A DNA stretch of 64,000 nt, from NCBI GenBank assembly GCA_963712745.1, contig CAVQJC010000004.1:160001-224000 (forward strand), in the 5' to 3' direction. Below are positions 1-10,507 of this stretch, piece by piece (the first letter of the stretch is position 1; every line of letters starts with the position of its first letter). The notes below the pieces were generated by a model that had not been told where the DNA came from, ran no database searches, and saw only the letters and a program-made list of their open reading frames with translations. Origin of the DNA: an uncultured Chloroflexia bacterium (lineage in GTDB: Bacteria; Chloroflexota; Limnocylindria; Limnocylindrales; CSP1-4). The translations under genes and the position numbers were made by a program.

Positions 1-2
1 TT

Positions 3-188
3 CGACTCCGCGAGGCGGTGCCCACCGGCTGGACCATCGACGCACAGGGCCCCATCACCTATCGGTATGGCGTGGTCGACTGGGAGGTGGAGGTGTGCGA
101 CCCAAGCCATGCTCACTGTGATCGTGCCAGCGGGTCCTCGTTGGCCGACGCCGCGAATCGGTGCCGGGAGGCCCTGGGCACGCGCTGA
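3..188 (+). CDS. 3' end of hypothetical protein (partial)
   Basis: Open frame from the window edge, RLREAVPTGWTIDAQGPITYRYGVVDWEVEVCDP...ALGTR*, with GC3-rich codons. Confidence 0.45.
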   Translation, partial: RLREAVPTGWTIDAQGPITYRYGVVDWEVEVCDPSHAHCDRASGSSLADAANRCREALGTR

Positions 189-476
189 TCGCCGCTGATG
201 GCGCCTAGTTTGGCCGACGGGATGGCCCCCGAGAAGCATGGACCAAGCTAGCCGCGGGCCCTCGAGATCCCGACCCCAGCTCGACCGCGGTACCGATGCG
301 GTCCCCTGCGGGCTGTCGGCCGGGCATCCGGCGGCGCATGCTCTGCGTCGTTATGGCCCGGTGGCCTGGCCGGGGCGCCCTCCGAGATCCGGGTAGCCAG
401 CGAGTAGATAGACGCCCGAGGTCATCCTCTTGGACGCGCAGCACCTCGACCGGACCCCCTAGGCACAGCTCCGTTC

Positions 477-905
477 CTAGTCGTCGAGCCGGTCGTCCTT
501 CACGCGGGTGCCGTCGGGCACGCCCCAGACCGCATCATCGGGCTCGACGTCGACGACCATCGTGCGGAAATCGTCGCGTCGGCCACCGAGACGACCGGCC
601 TCTTCGACATCGGACACGAACGTGCCGTCCTCATCCGCGGAGACGTTCACCGCCACCCGCAGCTGGGAATCGTCGATGATGAGGAACCCGGCCTTCTCGG
701 CGAGATCGGCCGCCACGGCTTCGATGAGCGAATCCTCGCGGAAGTCGTCGATGATCCGTTTGCGGGTGTCGAGCACGAGCTCGAGGAACTCGGTCTCGTC
801 GAACTCGGTCCGATGGGCCAGCAGGACGTCGGCGAACAGGTCGGTGTCGCTCTCGTGGAGCTCGTAGAAGTAGTAGGGGGGTGCATCCCCGTCGCGCGCA
901 GTCAC
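477..905 (-). CDS. Acidic hypothetical protein, probably leaderless
   Basis: ORF 477..989; coding-like from GTG at 905, which lies 7 nt downstream of a TATACT -10 box (913-918). Confidence 0.7.
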   Translation of the reverse strand: MTARDGDAPPYYFYELHESDTDLFADVLLAHRTEFDETEFLELVLDTRKRIIDDFREDSLIEAVAADLAEKAGFLIIDDSQLRVAVNVSADEDGTFVSDVEEAGRLGGRRDDFRTMVVDVEPDDAVWGVPDGTRVKDDRLDD

Positions 906-979
906 GAGTCCGAGTATAGGCTTCTCTCTCACGTGCCCGGCCGAAGGGACCGGTCGGAGCGGAGCGGGAGTGAGGCTGC

Positions 980-1873
980 ATGCAGGCACCTGACGTGGTC
1001 ATCGTGGGCGCGGCCACGCGCGACATCGTTGATGCCGATCCGCGAGGCTGGATGCTCGGCGGGGGCGTGACCTTCGGGGCGCTGGCGCTCGCACGGCTGG
1101 GGCTGCGCACCGGCGTCGTACTGGGACTTGACAAGGAGGCGGCCACGGCCCCGGAACTCGAGCTCATTCGAGGTGCGGGAGCGGAGGTCGTGCAGGTGCC
1201 ACTTGCGAGTGGGCCGATCTTCACCAACATCGAGACGCTCGCCGGACGTATCCAACTCTACGACTCCCACTGCGACCCGATCCCCGTGGCCAACCTCCCC
1301 GACGAGTGGCGCGACGCCAAGGCCTGGGTCTTCGCCCCCATCGCCTCCGAGCTGCCCGAAGCCTGGGCCGCGGTCCCCCCGCTCGACAGCTGCGTCGCGT
1401 TCGCCTGGCAGGGCATCCTGCGCAAGCTCGTGCCTGGCGAGCAGGTGCGCCCCAAGATGCCCGGCCCGTCGCCGTTCCTCGCACGCGCCGACATCGTCGC
1501 CTTCAGCCGCCACGATGTCCCGAGCGATCTGCCCATCCGAGATATCGGCGCCTGGGTCGGCGACGATTGCGACGTGCTTCTCACCGCTGGTCTCCTCGGG
1601 GGCATACTCATGCGCTTCCGGGATGGCCGCATCATCGCGGCCCGGGCCTATCCCAGCGTGCCCTCGGAGCGCGAGATCGACCCGACCGGAGCTGGCGACA
1701 CGATGCTCGCCGGCCTGGTGGCCGCCCGCCTCGTAGCCGGCGACGAGGCTCGGCTCCTGGGCCGGGACATCTACGTCGGAGCCACCGCCTCCAGCCTGCT
1801 CGTGGAGGGCCCGGGCATGAACTCGGTACCCACGTTCGGGCAGTTGTTCGCCCGTATCAGCGGCCGGCCGTGA
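980..1873 (+). CDS. PfkB-family carbohydrate kinase
   Basis: N-terminal GGG motif and C-terminal DPTGAGD anion-hole signature. Confidence 0.85.
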   Translation: MQAPDVVIVGAATRDIVDADPRGWMLGGGVTFGALALARLGLRTGVVLGLDKEAATAPELELIRGAGAEVVQVPLASGPIFTNIETLAGRIQLYDSHCDPIPVANLPDEWRDAKAWVFAPIASELPEAWAAVPPLDSCVAFAWQGILRKLVPGEQVRPKMPGPSPFLARADIVAFSRHDVPSDLPIRDIGAWVGDDCDVLLTAGLLGGILMRFRDGRIIAARAYPSVPSEREIDPTGAGDTMLAGLVAARLVAGDEARLLGRDIYVGATASSLLVEGPGMNSVPTFGQLFARISGRP

Positions 1874-1913
1874 ACCCGCAACGCCGTGGGCCGGCATGCC
1901 ATGGGCACGGTAT

Positions 1914-1927
1914 TTGAACGGGTTCCA
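1914..1927. promoter_or_regulatory. LacI-type operator-like palindrome overlapping a putative promoter
   Basis: TTGAACGGGTTCCA (GAAC-GG-GTTC), followed by a TATCAT -10-like box upstream of the ABC ATPase. Confidence 0.4.
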
Positions 1928-2000
1928 CCGATGCGTATCATGGGCACGATCGCCGGTCGGAGGCGGTCGGCACCGGCAGCACCACCGGGAGGCAACACTC

Positions 2001-2810
2001 ATGACCGAAGACTCGTCCACGAACCCGAGGCCAGAGGGTACGACCCCGCTCGTGGAGATGCGGGACATCAAGGTCGCCTTTGGCGGCGTGCACGCGGTGG
2101 ATGGCGTCAGCATCGACCTCTACCCAGGAGAGGTCGTCGGTCTGGTCGGCGGCAATGGTGCCGGCAAGTCGACGCTGATGCGCGTACTGTCCGGCGCGCA
2201 CCCGGCTGACTCCGGCCAGATCTTCGTGGACGGCAAGCTCGCGCACATCCACGCGCCTCTCGATGCCCAACGGCTCGGCATCGAGACGATCTACCAGACG
2301 CTGGCGCTGGCCGACAACCAGAACGCACCGGCCAACATGTTCCTCGGCCGGGAGATGACGAGCCGCACGGGTGCGCTCGATGACAAGGCGATGGAGAACG
2401 CTAGCCGGGACGTCATGGGTCGGCTGAACCCGAACTTCACCAACTTCAAGCAGCCGGTGAAGTCCCTCTCCGGTGGACAGCGACAGGCCGTGGCCATCGC
2501 CCGAGCCGTCCACTTCCAGGCCCGGGCGCTCATCATGGACGAGCCCACGGCCGCGCTGGGTCCGGCCGAGACGACGCAGGTGCGTGATCTCGTGAAGCAG
2601 CTCAAGAACGAAGGAATCGGCATCTTTCTCATCAGCCATGACATCCATGACGTCTTCGACCTCTCCGATCGCATCAGCGTCATGTATCACGGCGAGATCG
2701 TGGGCACGGTCAGGCACGATGCGGTCACCCCTGATGACGTCTTGGGCATGATCATCCTGGGCAAGCAACCGGAGTCGGTGACAAGTGAGGAGCGCGCGGC
2801 CCTCTACTAG
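2001..2810 (+). CDS. Sugar ABC transporter ATP-binding protein (single NBD)
   Basis: Walker [14 protein letters not shown] signature, Walker B IMDE, H-loop ISH; GGGAGG RBS before ATG 2001. Confidence 0.92.
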   Translation: MTEDSSTNPRPEGTTPLVEMRDIKVAFGGVHAVDGVSIDLYPGEVVGLVGGNGAGKSTLMRVLSGAHPADSGQIFVDGKLAHIHAPLDAQRLGIETIYQTLALADNQNAPANMFLGREMTSRTGALDDKAMENASRDVMGRLNPNFTNFKQPVKSLSGGQRQAVAIARAVHFQARALIMDEPTAALGPAETTQVRDLVKQLKNEGIGIFLISHDIHDVFDLSDRISVMYHGEIVGTVRHDAVTPDDVLGMIILGKQPESVTSEERAALY

Positions 2811-3004
2811 GGAGATGTCCGTGGCTTCGTCGTGCGACGTCACTACACGAGGGCCGGGATCGCCCACCGAGGCGCTGCGGAATCCATTGACTCCTCGACC
2901 AGACTTCAGCTAGCGTAATGCGTGCGCGCCAGACTCATGGACTGATCTTGCGCCAGAAGGTAGGCGCAGGTCCACGGGGCGTTGCGAAGCAGGAGGAGCA
3001 CCAG

Positions 3005-3964
3005 ATGCGACAACGCCCGTTCGGCCGCTTGATCGGATCATTCGCGGCCACGGCACTACTAGTCGGGTCCCTGGGCGGAGGAGTAGCAGCCCAAGACGAC
3101 GGGATCGAGATCGGCGTCACGTTCCCGATCCTCGACCAGTTCCTCCAGACGGTCGCGACCGGCATGGAGAACAAGGCGGAGGAGATCGGCGGCGTCAGCC
3201 TCAACATCGTCGAGGCCCAGGAAGACGTCACCACGCAGCTGGGCCAGGTCGAGAACTTCATCACCAACGAGGTTGATGCCATCCTCGTCATCCCGGTCGA
3301 CACCGATGCTGCGGCTCCGATGACGGAGGCGGCAATGGCGGCTGGGATTCCGCTGGTATATGTCAACCGGCGGCCGTCCGACCTGCCCACCGACGGGTCC
3401 GTCCCGTATGTCGGGTCCGATTCGCTCTACGCGGGCACGGTGGAGATGGAGATGCTCGCGGAGCTCGCCGGGAACGAGGGCAACGTGGTCATCCTCATCG
3501 GCGACCCGGCCAACGAGGCTGCGGTCCTGCGCACCCAGGGCTGCAAGGATGTGGTCGACCAGCACGAGGGGCTGGTCGTCACCAAGGAGCAGGCCGGCAA
3601 CTGGTATCGCGAAGAAGGCCTGAACATCATGGAGAACTGGATCCAGTCGGGAGACCAGATCGACATCGTCTGCGCCAACAACGATGAGATGGCGCTGGGC
3701 GCGATCGAGGCGCTGCGCAACGCGAACCTTCTCGACGATGTCATCGTCGGTGGCGTCGACGCTACCGCCGATGCGCTCGCGGCGATGGAGGCCGGCGATC
3801 TCGAGGTCACCGTCTTCCAGAACGCCGACGGCCAGGGCGGTGGCGGCGTCGAGGCCGCGGTGGCTCTGATCAACGGCGAGCCCGTCCCCAACATGGACGA
3901 GATGGGCATCGTGGATGTCCCCTACGAGCCCGTCAGCCCGGAGAACATGGCCGACTACCAGTAG
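3005..3964 (+). CDS. Sugar (inositol/ribose-type) ABC substrate-binding protein
   Basis: Signal peptide, VNR, YVGSD and ANNDEMALGA motifs of the Peripla_BP_4 family; AGGAGG RBS. Confidence 0.9.
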   Translation: MRQRPFGRLIGSFAATALLVGSLGGGVAAQDDGIEIGVTFPILDQFLQTVATGMENKAEEIGGVSLNIVEAQEDVTTQLGQVENFITNEVDAILVIPVDTDAAAPMTEAAMAAGIPLVYVNRRPSDLPTDGSVPYVGSDSLYAGTVEMEMLAELAGNEGNVVILIGDPANEAAVLRTQGCKDVVDQHEGLVVTKEQAGNWYREEGLNIMENWIQSGDQIDIVCANNDEMALGAIEALRNANLLDDVIVGGVDATADALAAMEAGDLEVTVFQNADGQGGGGVEAAVALINGEPVPNMDEMGIVDVPYEPVSPENMADYQ

Positions 3965-4024
3965 TAGAAACCGTCGCTGCAGGGAGCCGAAGGTCGGTCC
4001 CTGCGGCCATAGCTACGTCAGCGA

Positions 4025-4052
4025 TCGGAGGCCCGCGTGTGCGGGCCTCCGA
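4025..4052 (+). terminator. 12-bp perfect stem-loop between SBP and permease (mRNA-stabilising or attenuating hairpin)
   Basis: TCGGAGGCCCGC-gtgt-GCGGGCCTCCGA; no U tract. Confidence 0.55.
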
Positions 4053-4183
4053 GTCACATGAAGACCCAGAAACAGACCCGGCGCTTGATCTTCGGATTCG
4101 AGATCGGAGTGCGTTATCGGGCACCAGCCGGGTCATGCTGACGACAGCGAGGGAGGCAGTGTCAGCACGAGGGAGGCAGGGGA

Positions 4184-5185
4184 GTGACCACACCGGGCGT
4201 GACTGATACGTTGAGCTTCAGGGCCGGCGAGTTCTTCCGCAAGTACCTCATCGTCTTCATCCTCATCGGCTTGGTAGCGTTGCTCTCCGTCTTGACCGAT
4301 GGGACGTTCCTGAAGCCACAGAACCTCATCAACGTGACCCGGCAGGTCTCGGTCATCGCCATCCTCGGCATCGGCCTGACCGTGGTCATCATCTCCACCG
4401 GCATCGACCTGTCGGTCGGTTCGGTCGTGGCCCTTTCGGCGGTGGTCGCGACGAGCCTCGCGCAGCTGCCCGAGGCAACGAACCTCATGTATCCGGGCTT
4501 GGATGTGCCCGTGTTCGTGGCGGTCGGCGCAGGCCTGTTGGTGGGTGTCGGAGTCGGAGCCATCAACGGCACGCTCGTCGCGTACTTCCGCCTGGCTCCC
4601 TTCATCGCCACGCTGGGCATGATGACGGCGGCGCGCGGCGTTGCGCTCATCTACAGCAACGGACGTCCGGTCAGCCGGCTCGATCCTGACTACAACTGGT
4701 TCGGACAGGGTGAACCCTTCGGCATCCCGGTCCCCATCATCCTGCTCGTCATCGTGGCCATAGCCGTTCAGTACCTGCTGACACGCCGCAAGTTCGGTCG
4801 CTACGTCTACTCCATCGGCAGCAACGAGGAAGCTGTCCAGCTCGCCGGCATCAAGATCAAGCGGGTGAAGATGTGGATCTACATCCTCTCGGGCCTGCTG
4901 GCCGGGCTAGGCGGCATCATCCTGTCGGGGCGCATCGGTTCCGGCAACCCGACGCTCGCCACCGGCATCGAGCTTCAAGCCATCGCGGCAGCCGTCATCG
5001 GAGGGGCCAGCCTGGCCGGCGGCATCGGCACTGTCTGGGGAGCCATCATCGGCGCCATGATCATCGGCTCGCTGAGTACTGGCCTGGACCTGCTCAACGT
5101 CTCGCCATTCTCCCAGATGGTCGTGCAGGGCCTGATCATCATTGCCGCCATCATCATCGACGAGCGCAAGAACCGAGGGAAATGA
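4184..5185 (+). CDS. Sugar ABC transporter permease (RbsC/BPD_transp_2)
   Basis: GIDLSVGS, PFIATLG, G.NEEA..AGI and ELQAIAAAVIGG motifs; many TM helices. Confidence 0.93.
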   Translation: MTTPGVTDTLSFRAGEFFRKYLIVFILIGLVALLSVLTDGTFLKPQNLINVTRQVSVIAILGIGLTVVIISTGIDLSVGSVVALSAVVATSLAQLPEATNLMYPGLDVPVFVAVGAGLLVGVGVGAINGTLVAYFRLAPFIATLGMMTAARGVALIYSNGRPVSRLDPDYNWFGQGEPFGIPVPIILLVIVAIAVQYLLTRRKFGRYVYSIGSNEEAVQLAGIKIKRVKMWIYILSGLLAGLGGIILSGRIGSGNPTLATGIELQAIAAAVIGGASLAGGIGTVWGAIIGAMIIGSLSTGLDLLNVSPFSQMVVQGLIIIAAIIIDERKNRGK

Positions 5186-5355
5186 ACGCTACTGGTCGGC
5201 CGCCCGCGGTCCGGGACGGCTCCCCGACGTCCCGAGACAAGCAACCATTCGGCCCCTGACGACCGGCTCGCAATCGAACACCATCGGTCTGAGGCGTCAC
5301 AGGGGCCTGCCCGACCCCATCGACGGTACGTCACAGCACGCAAGGAGCCAGCGCC

Positions 5356-6282
5356 GTGAACCAGCACGTTGACTATCCACAACTCCGCCTCGGCACGGCC
5401 CCCGACTCGTGGGGCGTCTGGTTCCCTGATGACCCGAAGCAGACGCCCTGGTCCCGCTATCTCGACGAAGTGCGCGACGCCGGCTACAAGTGGACCGAGC
5501 TCGGCCCCTTCGGCTATCTGCCGACGGACCCCGTGCGGCTACGGGACGAGCTTGACGCCCGTGGGCTTAGCCTCACCGGCGGCACCGTGTTCGTGGCGCT
5601 GCACAAGGGAAAGGACGCGCTTGAGCAGGCGAAGGCGGACTGTGACGCCGAGATGGCAACCATCCGGCCGCTTGGAGCGCGACACCTAGTCATCTTGCCG
5701 GAGGGCTACACCGACCTCGACGGCAGGGTCACTGCCTCGCCCACGCTGACCGCGGGCGAGTGGGACTCGCTGCTCACGGGTATGAGCGAGTTGGGGGTGT
5801 ACGTGGCTGACAAGCACGGCGCCGTGCTCACCTTCCATACCCACGCGGACAGCCATGTCGGCACGCAGGAGGAGATCGAACGCTTCCTCGATGGCACCGA
5901 TCCCCAGACCGTGCAACTTTGCCTCGATACCGGCCACGTCACCTACTGCGGTGCCGACAACCTCAAGCTCATCCGCGACTACCCCGAGCGCATCGCCTAC
6001 GTGCACCTGAAGCAGGTGGACGTGGCCGTGCGCGCGCGGGTGCGGGAGGAGAACCTCGGTTTCGCACCTGCCGTGCGCCTTGGCGTCATGGTAGAACCGC
6101 CACTCGGCGAACCCGACATGCCCGAGCTTCTGGCCGCGCTCGGCGCACTCGATCGCGAGCTCTACTGCATCGTCGAGCAGGACCTGTACCCCTGCGCACC
6201 CGACGTCCCGCTCCCGATCGCGGTGCGTACAGAGGAGTACTTCAAGACCTGTGGCCTGGGGGCCGGGCGCCCGCGCGACTGA
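5356..6282 (+). CDS. iolE: IolE-like 2-keto-myo-inositol dehydratase / sugar-phosphate isomerase (TIM barrel)
   Basis: APDSWGVWF, ELGPFGYLP, CLDTGH, VHLKQ and VEQD motifs; iol cluster context. Confidence 0.75.
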   Translation: MNQHVDYPQLRLGTAPDSWGVWFPDDPKQTPWSRYLDEVRDAGYKWTELGPFGYLPTDPVRLRDELDARGLSLTGGTVFVALHKGKDALEQAKADCDAEMATIRPLGARHLVILPEGYTDLDGRVTASPTLTAGEWDSLLTGMSELGVYVADKHGAVLTFHTHADSHVGTQEEIERFLDGTDPQTVQLCLDTGHVTYCGADNLKLIRDYPERIAYVHLKQVDVAVRARVREENLGFAPAVRLGVMVEPPLGEPDMPELLAALGALDRELYCIVEQDLYPCAPDVPLPIAVRTEEYFKTCGLGAGRPRD

Positions 6283-6325
6283 CCGAGCGGATCGCGACAT
6301 CTCATCACAGCAGAGGGGTTCCACC

Positions 6326-7333
6326 ATGACCATCCGGGTAGGCATCATCGGGACAGGCCTCATCGGCGAGGACCACGGCCGGAGGCTGGCTGGCGTCATC
6401 CGCGGCTCGAGCGTGAGCGCAGTCACGGACATCAGGCGAGAGCGGGCGGAAGAAGTCGCCGAGACGCTCGGCGGAGCGCGCGTGTTCGACACGGGCTTCG
6501 ACCTGATCGCGAGCGACGAGGTCGACGCCGTGCTCGTCGCCTCCATCGGGGAGACCCATGCCGACTACGTGCTCGCCTGCATCGGCGCGGGCAAACCGGT
6601 CATGTGCGAGAAGCCGCTCGCACCGACGGTGCCCGAGTGCGAGCGGATCATCGAAGCGGAGGTCGCATTCGGGCAGCGGCTCGTCATCGTCGGCTACATG
6701 CGTCGCTATGACGCCGGCTATCGGCAGGTCAAAGCCTCGCTTGAGGAAGGCACGATCGGTGACCCGCTGATCCTGCATAACATCCACCGCAACTCGGTCG
6801 TCCCCGAGACCTACACCAGCTTCATGACCATGACCGACTCGATGATCCACGAGGTAGACGTGAGCCGCTGGCTCCTCGATGAGGAGATCACGGCGGTCCA
6901 GGTCATCCCGCCAAAGCGGACGCCCAAGGCCTTCCCGCATCTCCAGGACCCTCAGTTCGCCGTGTTCACGACCGAGACCGGAATCCTCTCGACCGTGGAG
7001 TTCTTTGCCAACTGCCAGTACGGCTATGACGTCCGCTGCGAAGTGGTCGGTTCGATGGGGACGGCTTCGCTCGTGAACCCGGCGCTGGCCTCCGAGATTG
7101 CCGCCGGGCACGCGACGGAAGTCATCCCCGCAGACTGGCGCGGGCGGTTCGGCGCCGCCTATACCGCCGAGATCCAGGCGTGGATCTCCGGTCTCGAGCG
7201 AGGCGCGTGCGTCGGTCCCAGCGCCTGGGAGGGTTATGCCGCCACCAAGGTCGTCGAGGTCGGCGTCGAGGCGGTCAAGAGTGGCGAGCGCGTGACCATC
7301 GAATACATGGACAAGCCGGCACTCTATCGGTAG
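6326..7333 (+). CDS. iolG: Inositol 2-dehydrogenase (Gfo/Idh/MocA)
   Basis: GIIGTGLIG, CEKP, GYMRRYD, DSMIHE and YGYDVRCE, typical of IolG. Confidence 0.85.
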   Translation: MTIRVGIIGTGLIGEDHGRRLAGVIRGSSVSAVTDIRRERAEEVAETLGGARVFDTGFDLIASDEVDAVLVASIGETHADYVLACIGAGKPVMCEKPLAPTVPECERIIEAEVAFGQRLVIVGYMRRYDAGYRQVKASLEEGTIGDPLILHNIHRNSVVPETYTSFMTMTDSMIHEVDVSRWLLDEEITAVQVIPPKRTPKAFPHLQDPQFAVFTTETGILSTVEFFANCQYGYDVRCEVVGSMGTASLVNPALASEIAAGHATEVIPADWRGRFGAAYTAEIQAWISGLERGACVGPSAWEGYAATKVVEVGVEAVKSGERVTIEYMDKPALYR

Positions 7334-7373
7334 GCGGCACCGTCGGGCCCCACCGGCGGCCGGAGGAGACGAC

Positions 7374-8240
7374 GTGAAAGTCACACTCGACCCTTACATG
7401 TTCCGCGAGGTACCCCTGACCAAGCTGCCTCGGCTGGTGGCTGACCTTGGCTATCGCCATATCGAGCTCTCTCCGCGTGAGGACTTCATCCCGTTCTACC
7501 GCCATCCACGGGTGGACACCGCCACCATCAAGGCCTTCCGACGGGCGCTCGAGGAAGCCTCGGTCGAAGTCGTCTCGCTGCTGCCGCTCTTTCGCTGGTC
7601 GGGCCCTGACGAGGACGAGCGGCAGGCAGCGGTCCGCTACTGGAAGCGCTCGATCGAGATCGCAGCCGAGCTGGGTGTGGACGTCATGAACTCCGAGTTC
7701 AACGGCCGACCGGAGAACCCGTCTATCTCGGAGGCGCAGTTCTGGAAGTCGATGGAGGAGTTGCTCCCCATCTTCGAGCGGGAAGGTATCCACCTGGCCC
7801 TGGAGCCGCATCCCGACGATTTCATCGAGGACGGTCTGGCGGCGGTCGACATGATTCGTGGCATCGACTCCCCGAGTGTCAGCTTCCTGTATTGCGCGCC
7901 GCACACGTTCCACCAGGGTGGGAATGTGGCTGAGATCATGCGTTCGGCTGGGGACCTGCTCACGCAGGTGCACGTCGCCGACTGCTGGGATCACCGGGCC
8001 TCATCGGGGTTGCGCTACATCACGAACCCGCCAGGCAACGCGGTGCGGGTGCACCAGCACCTTGACATCGGCCAGGGCGAGGTTCCGTGGGACACCTTCT
8101 TCGGCACGCTCGAAGAACTGCGTTTCGACGGCATCATGACCGTGTGCGTCTTCGCCTGGGAGGAACGGGCCGCGGAGTCGAGTCGGCACAACCTCGCGGA
8201 GATCGAGCGGCGAATCGCTGGCTGGCAGCATCTCGCCTAG
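7374..8240 (+). CDS. iolH: IolH-like sugar-phosphate isomerase/epimerase
   Basis: LDPYM, IELSPREDFIPF, EPHPDDF, HQHLDIGQGEVPW and CVFAWEE motifs. Confidence 0.8.
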   Translation: MKVTLDPYMFREVPLTKLPRLVADLGYRHIELSPREDFIPFYRHPRVDTATIKAFRRALEEASVEVVSLLPLFRWSGPDEDERQAAVRYWKRSIEIAAELGVDVMNSEFNGRPENPSISEAQFWKSMEELLPIFEREGIHLALEPHPDDFIEDGLAAVDMIRGIDSPSVSFLYCAPHTFHQGGNVAEIMRSAGDLLTQVHVADCWDHRASSGLRYITNPPGNAVRVHQHLDIGQGEVPWDTFFGTLEELRFDGIMTVCVFAWEERAAESSRHNLAEIERRIAGWQHLA

Positions 8241-8339
8241 CCTGAACAGCCGCCGGTCGGTCGCCTCCCCGAGTCGCCAAACGACGACATCATGGTCGAA
8301 CAAGGCCGCAGCCAAGGTCGCACCTCGTCCATCGGCCTG

Positions 8340-9656
8340 CTACTGGCGCACCATACGGTCAGCGATCTCCGCCCATTCCCAAAGACGCCGGGGGTCGCGA
8401 CGGCAGGTGCTGATGTCCTTGAGCGTGAACTCCACCGGACATCCGTTTGCTTTCGTCACCTCGAGCACTTCGCGGAAGTCCTTCTCCGCGAGCTCGGGAA
8501 CCCACTCGTCCATCGCGACAAGGGCCGGGTTCGGCTTGCGACTGAAGACGAAGTCGGAGCCGATCGACTCGGCCCCCTTGGCGATGTCGGCCCATGGGCT
8601 CATCGAGATCTTGCGGATATTCGGGATCTCGCGGATGCGGTCGACCCTCTTGCCGAGTGGCTCACAGCAGCCGTAGTACCCGAGACCGAAGCGGCCGTAG
8701 TAGCGGATCGCGCCGGGGATCTCCATCTCGGCCCACATCTCATCTGAAACCGAGACGAACAGCTGGGCCATGCCGTAGACCCAGTTGTCGACCGCCCGTG
8801 GCTTGGCGATGTCGAAATCCGTCTGCGGCAGCTCATCAGTGTGTGCGCCACAGCAGTGGATCCGGTCCAGACCCCAGCCCAGCAGTCCCTTCTCTTCGAG
8901 GAGGTCGAGCTCGGCGAGGCGGACGTCAGTCATGCGCTCGGCGATCCTGAGCAGGAAGTCCGGGCGGTCGATGAGGTCGTAGAGGATCCTCTCGGTGCCG
9001 CGCAGCTGCTCGATGTCATCCCACATCGAGAACCACGGTGAGAGGCCCTGCATGCGGACGTCGAGGATGCCGTCGAGCAGCTCGTGTGCGCGAACCTCGA
9101 CCTTCTCGGTCGCCTCGGCCTCCAGCTCGATCTCGGGCACGGTGAGCTTCGCGAGCGCTTCGTCATCCGGGATCTGGTCGCTGAAGTGATGTGAACTGAT
9201 GGCCTCGCCCTCACCCTGGCTGATGGTGTCCTCGACGACCGAGACCCCGAAGCCCGAGTGGTAGATGACCTTGCTGATGTCGACGTACGGTTCGACCACC
9301 ATGTCGCAGCGCATGTGCTCCCACTGGTAGAGCGTCTGGCGCAGCGTCGTCTCGAGGCTCCGTGCGAAGAGGTCGGTACATCGGTTCTGCAGTGCCGGGT
9401 CGTCCCTCAACTCGTGCCAGGGGACCTCGTCGATCTGGACCATGGGCCGCTGTGGGCGCAGCGCATTGAGGTCCTTCCAGGCCTGGATCGTGTCTTGCTG
9501 GACAGGCAGTGCGGCGATTTCAGCGACCCTGGCGGCCAGCTCGCGAACGACCGCGACGTCCTCAGCCGGGGGCGGCGAGTCGAGGTCGTCGTAACGTATC
9601 CATGGGGTACCGCTGGCGTAGGTTGGAGGCATGACCCAGGGTGTCTTCTCTGTCAT
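8340..9656 (-). CDS. UroD/MtaA-superfamily (methylcobalamin-dependent methyltransferase-like) protein
   Basis: LRG.E..LYDL.DRP, Cys-rich HCCG and YGCCEP putative Zn ligands, KISMSPW; directly downstream of a corrinoid protein. Confidence 0.6.
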   Translation of the reverse strand: MTEKTPWVMPPTYASGTPWIRYDDLDSPPPAEDVAVVRELAARVAEIAALPVQQDTIQAWKDLNALRPQRPMVQIDEVPWHELRDDPALQNRCTDLFARSLETTLRQTLYQWEHMRCDMVVEPYVDISKVIYHSGFGVSVVEDTISQGEGEAISSHHFSDQIPDDEALAKLTVPEIELEAEATEKVEVRAHELLDGILDVRMQGLSPWFSMWDDIEQLRGTERILYDLIDRPDFLLRIAERMTDVRLAELDLLEEKGLLGWGLDRIHCCGAHTDELPQTDFDIAKPRAVDNWVYGMAQLFVSVSDEMWAEMEIPGAIRYYGRFGLGYYGCCEPLGKRVDRIREIPNIRKISMSPWADIAKGAESIGSDFVFSRKPNPALVAMDEWVPELAEKDFREVLEVTKANGCPVEFTLKDISTCRRDPRRLWEWAEIADRMVRQ

Positions 9657-9726
9657 CGGATCCTCCTCGCTCGGCGTGTTGCGGTTGGTGTGCCCCGGCG
9701 CCTGTGGCGATCCAGGTCAGGCCCCG

Positions 9727-10353
9727 CTAGGAAGCCAACAGCTCGCGGGCCAGGTCGACAGCGGCACCAGCGTCCGGGGCGAAGCCGTCGGCACCGATCT
9801 GCTCGGCGAGCTCCGGGGTAACGGGCGCCCCGCCGACGACGACACTGGTCGGGAGGTCGGCCGCGCGGACGGCCTCGACCACACCACGCATGTTGGGCAT
9901 CGTCGTGGTCAGCAGGGCGCTGACCCCGATGAGGTGGGCGTCGTGCTCACGCGCGGCGTCGACGAACCTAGCAGCCGGGACGTTGACGCCGAGGTCGATG
10001 ACCTCGAAGCCGCCGCCCTTCCACATCATGCCGACAAGATTCTTGCCTATGTCGTGGAGGTCACCTTCGACCGTACCCACGACCGCACGATACTCGGGCT
10101 TCACCCCGCTCTCAGCCAGGATCGGCTCGAGGATCTCGGTGCCGGCCTTCATGGCACGCGCGGCGACCATCATCTCTGGAACGAAGCACTCGCCCGTCTG
10201 GAACTTCCTGCCAACGACGTCCATAGCGGCGACCATCGCGTCGAGTACGCTCTTGGCATCAACGCCCCCGTCGAGCGCCGCACGTGTCGCGTTCGCGGCT
10301 CCCGTACGGTCACCTGACTCGACAGCGGCGGCGAGGATGGCAAGGTCGGTCAT
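9727..10353 (-). CDS. Methyltransferase corrinoid (B12-binding) protein, MtaC/MttC-like
   Basis: GDLHDIGKNLV (DxHxxG), SALLTTT and VGGAP motifs; N-terminal helical cap; AGGAGG RBS. Confidence 0.93.
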   Translation of the reverse strand: MTDLAILAAAVESGDRTGAANATRAALDGGVDAKSVLDAMVAAMDVVGRKFQTGECFVPEMMVAARAMKAGTEILEPILAESGVKPEYRAVVGTVEGDLHDIGKNLVGMMWKGGGFEVIDLGVNVPAARFVDAAREHDAHLIGVSALLTTTMPNMRGVVEAVRAADLPTSVVVGGAPVTPELAEQIGADGFAPDAGAAVDLARELLAS

Positions 10354-10507
10354 GGTGTGATCCTCCTTTGAGGGACTTGGGTCGTGATGGTGCCTGCTGA
10401 CCGCATCTGCCGCGTCGTTGCGATCGTAGCGATGTTCGGCTTGGGAGGACCGGCGACAAAGGGCCCGTGGTCACCAAGAAGCGAGACAGACTGCTCCCTC
10501 CCGGACG

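Noticed and set aside
10354-10507. Possible cobalamin riboswitch upstream of the corrinoid gene
   Set aside because: No GGGAA / GCCACTG / B12-box elements visible
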